Positions 37,061 through 44,772 of a stretch of DNA of 44,772 nucleotides are shown one piece after another. The stretch lies in sequence record SRR31156797_9613. One strand, given 5' to 3'. Numbering within the stretch: position 1 is the first letter of the stretch; every line of letters starts with the position of its first letter. Position numbers and translations under genes: made by a program. The notes beneath the pieces were generated by a model. That model did no database searches. It was not told the DNA's origin and saw only the letters and a list, made by a program, of their open reading frames with translations.

Positions 37061-38350
37061 ATGGAATCTTCAAATATAATTGTAGGACTCGACATTGGAA
37101 CCACGAAAATCGCAGCTATCGTTGGCCGCAGGGCCGATCACGGCAAGATCGAAATCCTGGGATACGGTAAAACCGAATCCATTGGTGTGAAGCGCGGGGT
37201 GGTTTCAAACATCGAAAACACCGTGCAATCCATCCGCAAGGCCGTGGATGAAGCCGAACAAAAATCCGACGCCGAAATCAAATATGTGAATGTGGGTATT
37301 GCGGGCCAGCACATCAAAAGCCTGCAACACCGGGGCAGCCTGATCCGCGAAAACAACGAGGACGAGATCAGCCAGAAGGATATCGACAGCCTGCTCAACA
37401 GCATGTACAACCTTAACATGAGCCCGGGTGATGAGATCATCGACGTGATACCTCAGGATTATATCATCGACAATGAGCAGGGCATCCGTTATCCCATTGG
37501 CATGCTGGGCAACTCCCTCGAAGCAAACTTTCATATCATCGTTGGACAAACTACAGCGGCCAAAAACATTTACAAATGTGTGAAAAAAGCCGGCCTTGAA
37601 GTGGTTGACCTGATCCTGGAACCCATTGCCTCCTCAAATGCAGTGTTGAGCGAAGAAGAAAAAGAAGCCGGAGTTGTGCTTGTCGACATTGGTGGTGGCA
37701 CCACCGACCTGGCCATTTTCCAGGACGGCATCATCAGACATACGGCAGTGATTCCCTTGGGCGGCGATATCCTTACCGAAGATGTGAAAGAAGGTTGCAG
37801 TATTATCCGCAAGCATGCCGAAGAATTGAAAGTAAAATTCGGCTCGGCTCTGGCCAACGAAAACAAGGATGAAGAGATCGTTGCAATCCCCGGATTACGC
37901 GGCAGGCCACCAAAGGAGATCAGCCTGAAAAACCTGGCCAGCATCATCCAGGCCCGCATGGAAGAGATCATCGAACATATTTATTATGAAATTAAAAACT
38001 CGGGATTTGAGAAAAAACTCATTGCCGGAATCGTACTTACAGGGGGTGGCGCACTGCTCAATCATATCGCGCAGCTCACCGAGTTCATGACCGGAATGGA
38101 CACCCGAATCGGACACCCCAATGAACACCTCGATAAAAACACCCCTGAAGAAATGGCAAGCCCCATGTTTGCAACAGGTATCGGTCTGGTAATTGAAGGG
38201 TTGGACAGGTTTGAAAAGAACCAGCATCGCGAAACCGATGACGAGAATGAAAAAGAAGATAAAAAGAAAAAGAAGCAATCACCGAAAACAAAACGCCAGG
38301 GCAGCTTCCTGAAAAAAATACAGGAATTCTTTGAAGATGACCCGGAGTAG
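37061..38350 (+). CDS. ftsA: Cell division protein FtsA
   Basis: VGLDIGTTKI, VDIGGGTTD and VLTGGG motifs. Confidence 0.96.
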   Translation: MESSNIIVGLDIGTTKIAAIVGRRADHGKIEILGYGKTESIGVKRGVVSNIENTVQSIRKAVDEAEQKSDAEIKYVNVGIAGQHIKSLQHRGSLIRENNEDEISQKDIDSLLNSMYNLNMSPGDEIIDVIPQDYIIDNEQGIRYPIGMLGNSLEANFHIIVGQTTAAKNIYKCVKKAGLEVVDLILEPIASSNAVLSEEEKEAGVVLVDIGGGTTDLAIFQDGIIRHTAVIPLGGDILTEDVKEGCSIIRKHAEELKVKFGSALANENKDEEIVAIPGLRGRPPKEISLKNLASIIQARMEEIIEHIYYEIKNSGFEKKLIAGIVLTGGGALLNHIAQLTEFMTGMDTRIGHPNEHLDKNTPEEMASPMFATGIGLVIEGLDRFEKNQHRETDDENEKEDKKKKKQSPKTKRQGSFLKKIQEFFEDDPE

Positions 38351-38407
38351 AAATCAGAACAATTGAAGCAAATAATTGAAAAATAATTAAATATAAGGAG
38401 TAAAACT

Positions 38408-40009
38408 ATGACTGACATGTTAGCATTTGATGCCCCCAAGCAACGCGCATCAATCATCAAAGTTTTAGGAGTTGGAGGCGGCGGCAGCAACGCAGTCAAC
38501 CACATGTACAAGCAGGGAATCAAAGGTGTGGATTTCATCATTTGCAACACCGATGCCCAGGCCATGGACCAGAGTGATGTACCCAACAAAATCCAGCTCG
38601 GCAGTAAGGGACTTGGTGCCGGAGCTGTGCCGGAGGTTGGCCGGAAATCCGCCGAGGAAAACATAGAGGACATCAAGGGCTACCTCGAAAGCAACACCAA
38701 AATGTTGTTTATCACTGCCGGAATGGGTGGTGGAACCGGTACAGGTGCCACACCGATTATCGCGCAAATGGCCCGTGAAATGGATATTCTGACCGTGGCC
38801 ATCGTCACGCTGCCGTTTTCTTTCGAAGGCAGGAAAAGGCGCCTGCAGGCCGAAAAGGGTATCGAAGAACTAAAGAAACAAGTGGACACCCTGCTGATCA
38901 TCAGCAATGAGAAGCTTCGCGAAATCCATGGCAACCTTAAATTGTCGGAGGCATTTGGCAAAGCCGATGATATCCTCACCATAGCATCCAAGGGTATTGC
39001 CGAGATCATCACTGTTACCGGCTATATCAACGTTGACTTTGAGGATGTGAAAACCGTGATGAAAAACAGCGGTACTGCCATCATGGGATCGGCAGTGGCC
39101 GAAGGTGAAGACCGCGCCAAAGTTGCAGTACGCGAAGCGCTGGCCTCACCGCTGCTCAACGACAACAAGATAACCGGTGCCAGCGACATACTCCTCTATA
39201 TCTCATCTGGTAAGGAGGAGATCACCTTTGACGAGGTTACCGAAATTACCGATTACATCCAGGAGGAGGCAGGCACTACTGCAGAGGTGATCTGGGGAAA
39301 TGGTTTTGATGAGGCTTTGGGCGATAAGATCAGCATTACGCTCATCGCCACCGGGTTTGCTACTCCCGAAGAGATCGAGGAAACCACGATGAATCGTGCA
39401 AAGCAAAAGATCGTTCATACTTTGGATGAATCACCGCTTGCCAACAAGCCAAAGGAACCTAAAGTTGAAGACAAACCCGAGGAACTACAATCTGAGGAAG
39501 AGGTGTTAAACGAAATCAAGTTGATCAAGAAAGACAATCGTGAAGATCAAAATGAAGACAGTGAAACAACTCAGGATGACAAATTATCCTCACCTTCACT
39601 TTTCGATCAGCCAAAAAAATCACCAACAAAGACCACTGACGATGACCTCACCAGGGCAGATCGCGAGATTGTTGCCATAAATAACAAAAAGAATAACAGC
39701 CTGCGAATCCGTCATACGGTTGGAGGCTTTGACAACAAAGCTACCGACGAACAGTCCAGCCTGATGGAAAAGAAAACCGAGGACCGGGTGAAACGCCTCA
39801 AGGAGATGAGCTTCATGGGCAGCAAATCAAACGAGAACATTGAAGATTTGGAGAAGGTTCCTGCTTACGTCAGGAAAAAAATTGAGTTGAAACCGGTAAA
39901 AGCTTCTTCAGAATCCAATGTTGCCAGGTACACCCTGGGTGAAGATGAAAACCACAACCCTGAGATTGAGTCTAAGGATATCCCGTTCATCCACAACAAA
40001 CCCGACTGA
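38408..40009 (+). CDS. ftsZ: Cell division protein FtsZ (long linker)
   Basis: GVGGGGSNAVN, GMGGGTGTG, INVDFEDV and the Bacteroidota-type C-terminal PAYVRK...FIHNKPD. Confidence 0.97.
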   Translation: MTDMLAFDAPKQRASIIKVLGVGGGGSNAVNHMYKQGIKGVDFIICNTDAQAMDQSDVPNKIQLGSKGLGAGAVPEVGRKSAEENIEDIKGYLESNTKMLFITAGMGGGTGTGATPIIAQMAREMDILTVAIVTLPFSFEGRKRRLQAEKGIEELKKQVDTLLIISNEKLREIHGNLKLSEAFGKADDILTIASKGIAEIITVTGYINVDFEDVKTVMKNSGTAIMGSAVAEGEDRAKVAVREALASPLLNDNKITGASDILLYISSGKEEITFDEVTEITDYIQEEAGTTAEVIWGNGFDEALGDKISITLIATGFATPEEIEETTMNRAKQKIVHTLDESPLANKPKEPKVEDKPEELQSEEEVLNEIKLIKKDNREDQNEDSETTQDDKLSSPSLFDQPKKSPTKTTDDDLTRADREIVAINNKKNNSLRIRHTVGGFDNKATDEQSSLMEKKTEDRVKRLKEMSFMGSKSNENIEDLEKVPAYVRKKIELKPVKASSESNVARYTLGEDENHNPEIESKDIPFIHNKPD

Positions 40010-40013
40010 ACTT

Positions 40014-40038
40014 AGCCCCGGGGACCCTCGGGCTTTTT
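40014..40038 (+). terminator. Intrinsic terminator after ftsZ
   Basis: AGCCC...GGGCT hairpin followed by a T-run. Confidence 0.6.
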
Positions 40039-40069
40039 GGCATGGGGAAGATCGTTTGCGGTTGAAGGA

Positions 40070-40111
40070 TTAGATATCAGGTTCAAGATGTTTGATTTTA
40101 GATATTAGATG
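40070..40111 (+). repeat. Degenerate heptamer tract TTAGATN x6
   Basis: TTAGATA TCAGGTT CAAGATG TTTGATT TTAGATA TTAGATG. Confidence 0.55.
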
Positions 40112-40222
40112 TTTTGAGGAATGTGGATTTGAGTTCTTTGATTAATCTTGAGATCGCAGAGCGATTGGCGCAAAGCGCAAAGCGAAGAAAAATAACGAAT
40201 TAACAAATAACTGCTATAAATC

Positions 40223-40675
40223 ATGAGTTTAGCTGAAAAAATAAACAACGAGATTAAGCAGGCCATGCTGGCCAAAGACAAACGTAAGCTGGAAGCCCTC
40301 AGGGCTATCAAAGCCGGATTGCTGCTGATCAAGACCGGAAAAGATACCAGTGCCGGCGAGATACCCGAAAGCGTTGAAATGCAGCTGCTACAAAAACTGG
40401 TGAAACAACGCAAGGAATCAGCGGAAATTTATATGCAGCAAAACCGAAAAGATCTGGCTGATGAGGAATTGTACCAGGCCGGTATCATCGAAGAATTTTT
40501 GCCCAAACAAATGAGCGAGGAAGCGTTGAAAGCAGAAGTCGCGAAAATTGTGGCAGAAGTTGGCGCTTCCAGCATGAAAGATATGGGTAAGGTTATGGGC
40601 ATGGCTTCGAAAAAACTGGCAGGCAAAGCCGATAACAAGAAAATATCGAGCATCGTAAAAGAACTCCTTCAATAA
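40223..40675 (+). CDS. yqeY: GatB/YqeY domain protein
   Basis: IKQAMLAKD, KLVKQRKESA, FLPKQMS and MKDMGKVMG motifs. Confidence 0.92.
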   Translation: MSLAEKINNEIKQAMLAKDKRKLEALRAIKAGLLLIKTGKDTSAGEIPESVEMQLLQKLVKQRKESAEIYMQQNRKDLADEELYQAGIIEEFLPKQMSEEALKAEVAKIVAEVGASSMKDMGKVMGMASKKLAGKADNKKISSIVKELLQ

Positions 40676-40738
40676 ACATAAAGTTAGGTTTTAGTTAGTG
40701 AACAATGATTTTAGAGGGGGGATTTAATGTGCTGTGAT

Positions 40739-40769
40739 AAGGCGGGCCCGGGGGGGACCCGCCTTTTTT
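40739..40769 (+). terminator. Intrinsic terminator
   Basis: AAGGCGGG...CCCGCCTTTTTT. Confidence 0.8.
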
Positions 40770-40936
40770 ATTCCTCCAAACGGACTTTCTTATGATGAAA
40801 TTACTACATTAATATTTTAAAATTCCCTGTTCATGATCATTATTTTCCCATCCGGATTATTTGATTCCAGTATTTCATTATCTCATGAGTTTCTTTGTTT
40901 AAATATTTCTATTGTAATAATTTAAATAAAGTTCAT

Positions 40937-42124
40937 ATGAAGCCGCTTAACTCTACACTATTAATCTTTCTATTCGTATTCGTTTCAACGGATATCATGG
41001 CCCAGTGGGGAATAATTAACGGAGTAACATCCGAAAGGCTTTTTGCCACATTTACCATTAATAACCAGGAAGCCCTGATAGGCGGTAAAGATGGTGTGCT
41101 GTTCAAAACCAGCAATGGCGGTGATAACTGGACATCAGTTGCTGCTACCGATGATGATGTTGCTGATATTGAGTTCATCGATGAAAATACTGGTTTTTTG
41201 GTAGCCGGAAGTGCGGTTTTTAAAACAAATGACAGGGGAAATTCCTGGCTTTCTTCATCCGTTTCAGCCAATGATGATCTGGTGAGTATTAGCTTCCCAA
41301 CAGCCCAAACCGGATTTGCCTGCTCTGAAGGTGGAGAGGTGATCAAAACCACGGATGGTGGAAACAGTTGGCAGATATTAAACACCGTTAACGGGCCGGA
41401 ATTTTCTGCAATCGGTTTCGGCGATGAAAACACAGGTGTTATCGTGGGAACATCTGGAAGCGTTTTACATACCACTGATGGAGGATCTACCTGGCAGGAT
41501 ATTAATGTTGGTGTGCCTGAAGATTTGAATGATGTGTGTTTTTCAAGCCCTACAAAGGCATATCTTGTGGGTGGACAAGGCATATTGATGCATTCCACCA
41601 ATGGAGGTGCCGACTGGTCAAACCAGGTGTCTCTCACAGTTAGCGACCTCAACGCCATTTGCTTTATTGATGAGAACAACGGTTTTGCTGCCGGAAGAGA
41701 CGGCGTAATTGTTTACACCAACAATGGCGGTGACCTGTGGAACAGTGAAACTCCCATTACAACAGGACGACTGCTCGACATCCATTTCAGCGATGCAAGC
41801 CACGGCTATGCCGTAGGCCGCGAAGGGGTTATTCTGCATTATAGTGTGGCTACAGGAATTTCCGTCGCACAAGCTGATTATGTTCAGGCAACAGTATGCC
41901 CCAATCCTGTATTGGATGCGGGCAGCATTAAAATCGAAAATTATAAAGGCCTGCCATGGCAGGTTGAGATCATTGACCTTAGCGGTAGTCGTGTGATGGA
42001 ATTTAGCGATATCACCAGTCCGGAAATTCGATTTTTAGCTGATGATTTGAAGAGTGGTATTTACCTGTATACCATACAATCAACGGATCGAAATAGCGCT
42101 TCGGGAAAGTTTGTGGTCCAATAA
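40937..42124 (+). CDS. YCF48/BNR-repeat beta-propeller protein with T9SS type A CTD
   Basis: Signal peptide (IMA-Q), repeated T.DGG.SW Asp-box motifs, C-terminal PNPV...GIYLY...KFVVQ; start ATG 40937. Confidence 0.88.
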   Translation: MKPLNSTLLIFLFVFVSTDIMAQWGIINGVTSERLFATFTINNQEALIGGKDGVLFKTSNGGDNWTSVAATDDDVADIEFIDENTGFLVAGSAVFKTNDRGNSWLSSSVSANDDLVSISFPTAQTGFACSEGGEVIKTTDGGNSWQILNTVNGPEFSAIGFGDENTGVIVGTSGSVLHTTDGGSTWQDINVGVPEDLNDVCFSSPTKAYLVGGQGILMHSTNGGADWSNQVSLTVSDLNAICFIDENNGFAAGRDGVIVYTNNGGDLWNSETPITTGRLLDIHFSDASHGYAVGREGVILHYSVATGISVAQADYVQATVCPNPVLDAGSIKIENYKGLPWQVEIIDLSGSRVMEFSDITSPEIRFLADDLKSGIYLYTIQSTDRNSASGKFVVQ

Positions 42125-42217
42125 GACAGGCTAATGAATTATTGATCACAGAAAGCTATTACACGACTTGCAAGGGTAATGTGGTTTCAATTGATTTCCT
42201 GACTAAATTTGCCGGTC

Positions 42218-42907
42218 TTGAAATCACTCGAAATCATATACCAGGATGATCATTTTGTGGCGGTCAACAAACCGCATGGCCTGTTGGTACACAAAAGTGC
42301 TATGGCCTATGATGTCAAGGAATTTGCCCTGCAAATACTCCGAAATCAGCTTAACAGGCATGTCTACCCTGCCCACCGGCTGGACAGAAAAACATCCGGG
42401 GTTCTGCTGTTTTCACTGGACAAAAACACGGATTCACTTATACAACAAATGTTTGCCCGGGGTGAAATCAGAAAAACCTATCTGGCCATTGTCAGAGGTT
42501 TCACTGAAGGTACCGGCACAATCGACTATCCATTAAAACGCGATGATGGAACCGCACAGGAAGCAGTTACCCATTATAAAACCTTAGCACACGGAGAACT
42601 GGATTTCCCTTCGCATACTCACCCCACCTCACGATACTCACTGGTTGAGCCAAAACCGAAAACCGGCAGGATGCACCAGATCAGGCGGCATTTTGCACAT
42701 ATTCTCCATCCGATCATTGGCGACAGGCCTCATGGGTGCAACAAGCAAAACCGGTTATTTAAAAATCATTTTCAAATGGCCAAGATGCTGCTGCACGCTT
42801 CAATGCTTGAATTCGACCATCCTGTTACAGGAGTACAGGTTCAGATTAATGCTTCCATGAGCAATGATTTTAAAAGGATGCAGGAAACTATCTTTAATGG
42901 AATTTAA
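42218..42907 (+). CDS. truC: RluA-family pseudouridine synthase, TruC-like
   Basis: NKPHGLLVH, HRLDRKTSG, TGRMHQIRRH and HPIIGDRPHG motifs; TAAATTTG -7 box at 42204-42211 favours start TTG 42218. Confidence 0.85.
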   Translation: MKSLEIIYQDDHFVAVNKPHGLLVHKSAMAYDVKEFALQILRNQLNRHVYPAHRLDRKTSGVLLFSLDKNTDSLIQQMFARGEIRKTYLAIVRGFTEGTGTIDYPLKRDDGTAQEAVTHYKTLAHGELDFPSHTHPTSRYSLVEPKPKTGRMHQIRRHFAHILHPIIGDRPHGCNKQNRLFKNHFQMAKMLLHASMLEFDHPVTGVQVQINASMSNDFKRMQETIFNGI

Positions 42908-43099
42908 GGTTGGATATAATCGCGGAGGTATCCTGATATTTCATATCTCGCCCCTGGGGTAAATTGCACGTTACGTATGGGTTTGCCTGTAAATCTCAGT
43001 CTGGATACAAACAGGATAATATGCGGAAATCCGCTGTTGGCAAACCACTGAACCCCTTATGGAATATACAAAACGCTGTGGTGTCGAATTTTATTTGTG

Positions 43100-43232
43100 A
43101 CAAAACGGTTTGCTATGATTTCGGCATGGGTTAAGTGCGACAAAATGAAATATATGAAGAAATTATTGGGTAGTACTCAATTCTTTGTCTTGGTAACTTT
43201 AAACCCAGTCTGAATTATAGCCTTTGTTGCCG
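43100..43232. repeat. attC-like long imperfect palindrome
   Basis: AAC-GGTTT-GCTATGATTTCGG-CATGGGTTAAG ... CTTTAAACCCAG-TCTGAATTATAGC-CTTT-GTT, immediately 3' of the PIN gene stop. Confidence 0.5.
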
Positions 43233-43243
43233 GTTAGTGCATT

Positions 43244-43717
43244 CTATTTTAAGTCCAATAAACCAAAAGTCTCGTGATAAGGTATTTTTAAATCTATGAA
43301 TTGAAATCTTGGGTTGATTTCCTGATTTAAAAAGGAGTAGATTTTAAAACTCTCAGAATCTGAAGATAAATAATAGTCAATCATTTTTTCTGAGTCTGCT
43401 TGCGCAAAAAGTTTCGAGTCATTCGGAATTATGTTTCTTTCTCTAAGTTTCAATCTAGACTTCTCCTGAAATACAATTCGAGCAAATTCTCCTGTTCTCT
43501 TCGAATGATCTAAATTAAATGGTAATATTATGAAGGTTTATTCATGAACGTCTCCTCCAACGCAGTACTCAGCAATACTTATTGTAGAAATTACCATTGT
43601 AATTTCCTTTTGTATGAAATATTTAAAATAGTCATCTGCATTACTATAAAGAGGATCTTCATCATTTAAGAATCTTATGAAAAAACTTGTATCTAATAAT
43701 ACCGCGTTATGCTTCAT
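43244..43717 (-). pseudogene. PIN-domain protein interrupted by an in-frame TAA
   Basis: ATG 43717 gives MKHNAVLLDTSFFIRFL...SIAEYCVGGDVHE*TFIILPFNLDH...IPNDSKLFAQA...YYLSSD; TAA at 43538-43540; the frame continues into ORF 43244-43453. Confidence 0.75.
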
Positions 43718-44489
43718 AACGTCCTCTTATTTCATTTAGCCATATATCTGGATTTATTTTACTAAGCCAAGATCGTTTTGCTTTATCCCTAAGTGTCTTT
43801 AGGTAATTTTCATCATACTTAGGTTGATAGTCAACTAGCTCAATGAATTTTAATGTAGATGTATCAATTTCTCCAGTTTCGGAATGTTGTTTTCCCATGG
43901 CTCTTATTCCCATAGTTTTGTAAAGCATATTTTCATCATATTGTTCGAGAAAACTTATTGGTGTCTGAACCCTTACTGTTCCTATTTCCTCCGAGAATAT
44001 GTGAATGTTTGCTTTATCTTTTCCACCAGCATTTGTTACTTTACCGTAAAAATAAAATTCAGCATCAGCCCAAATTGATTCTGTACGATAAAATTGAGTT
44101 GTTCTGTCTAAGTGCAGTAAATTAGAGTCTTCTAATGATGTTTTAATAATGAACACATAATTGCGTTTTTTTGCGATGTCTTGAATGTTTTCAATTGCTT
44201 TTGCTGTTCCAATGTCAAGAAAGTCAATGTTTTGAACAGTGTTTACTTGTCCGACAATCGCATTAAAACCAATAATATATTGAATGGATGTCTTTAATAA
44301 ATGTTTAACGGAGCCTTGTTCAATATTATAACTGATAATAGGTCTGCTACGTTTATCTCCAGGGAATAAAAGATTTTCAGCATTCTCTAAAACTGTGATT
44401 ATTTCCTTAATATCATAATTATCTGGAGAAAGGTCTATATTCCCTTTTGACCCAGTAATATTTATTTCTATAGCTCCAATTTTCTCCAC
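43707..44489 (-). CDS. Hypothetical protein translationally coupled to the PIN gene
   Basis: 260-aa AT-rich ORF with GTG start directly after TAATTTTG (44494-44501); 11-nt overlap with the PIN start. Confidence 0.8.
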   Translation of the reverse strand: MEKIGAIEINITGSKGNIDLSPDNYDIKEIITVLENAENLLFPGDKRSRPIISYNIEQGSVKHLLKTSIQYIIGFNAIVGQVNTVQNIDFLDIGTAKAIENIQDIAKKRNYVFIIKTSLEDSNLLHLDRTTQFYRTESIWADAEFYFYGKVTNAGGKDKANIHIFSEEIGTVRVQTPISFLEQYDENMLYKTMGIRAMGKQHSETGEIDTSTLKFIELVDYQPKYDENYLKTLRDKAKRSWLSKINPDIWLNEIRGRYEA

Positions 44490-44736
44490 CTCACAAAATT
44501 AATAATAATTAAAGTTTTATTTAATTCAAATGTTTAATGCCTATTATTGTTAGCATGACCAGTAACTTTTTATGTAAACGTAATTACTTATATTTCTCTT
44601 TTATCATTGAAAATGGATAACTTCCTCAAGACCAGCTAAAAATCCGTGTTTATACGTTTGTCATCATTTAAAAACATTTACAAACGCCTTCTTTTTGTGA
44701 TACTTATGGTGAAGACTGCGCTTCATATGCTTCCTG

Positions 44737-44762
44737 TTTTTTACAACTTGGATAAGCCAAAA
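44737..44762 (-). repeat. 26-nt dispersed repeat, copy 2
   Basis: Reverse complement TTTTGGCTTATCCAAGTTGTAAAAAA matches 1590-1615 with one mismatch. Confidence 0.75.
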
Positions 44763-44772
44763 CATGTTACAT

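Noticed and set aside
40676-40769. Possible sRNA between yqeY and its terminator
   Set aside because: No promoter or recognisable RNA family; it could simply be a 3' UTR.
43538-43540. Programmed readthrough in the PIN gene
   Set aside because: The codon is TAA, it is not at a catalytic Cys position, and the surrounding residues look disturbed; decay is more likely.
1-44772. tRNA, rRNA or selC genes
   Set aside because: No cloverleaf or rRNA signature was recognised in any intergenic region by eye.

Overview
Chromosomal window from a Bacteroidota (probably Bacteroidales-like) genome, judged from TAnnTTTG promoters, T9SS C-terminal sorting domains and a Bacteroidota-style dcw cluster (mraZ-rsmH-ftsL-ftsI-murE-mraY-murD-ftsW-murG-murC-ftsQ-ftsA-ftsZ-yqeY). 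It also holds a surface-glycosylation operon (GT2, SAM methyltransferase, FrhB-like Fe-S protein, LPG-synthase-TM/flippase-like protein, GT-C-like protein), a four-helix-bundle gene enclosed by complementary heptamer repeats, T9SS cargo genes, an acyl-CoA carboxylase beta/BCCP pair, yihA, a glsA/glsB-like acyltransferase pair, truC and an AT-rich right end with a disrupted PIN gene and attC-like palindromes. The main finding is that the 652-aa ORF at 15101-17059 (-) is truncated. The gene appears to start at ATG 17230 with a signal peptide and reads through an in-frame TGA (17117-17119) at the first position of a thioredoxin-type motif (W-U-P-Y-C), followed by a SECIS-like hairpin. This is a candidate T9SS-secreted Omp28/Trx-fold selenoprotein sitting in tandem with a CxxC paralogue. 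Family assignments come from motif recognition only; no searches were run.
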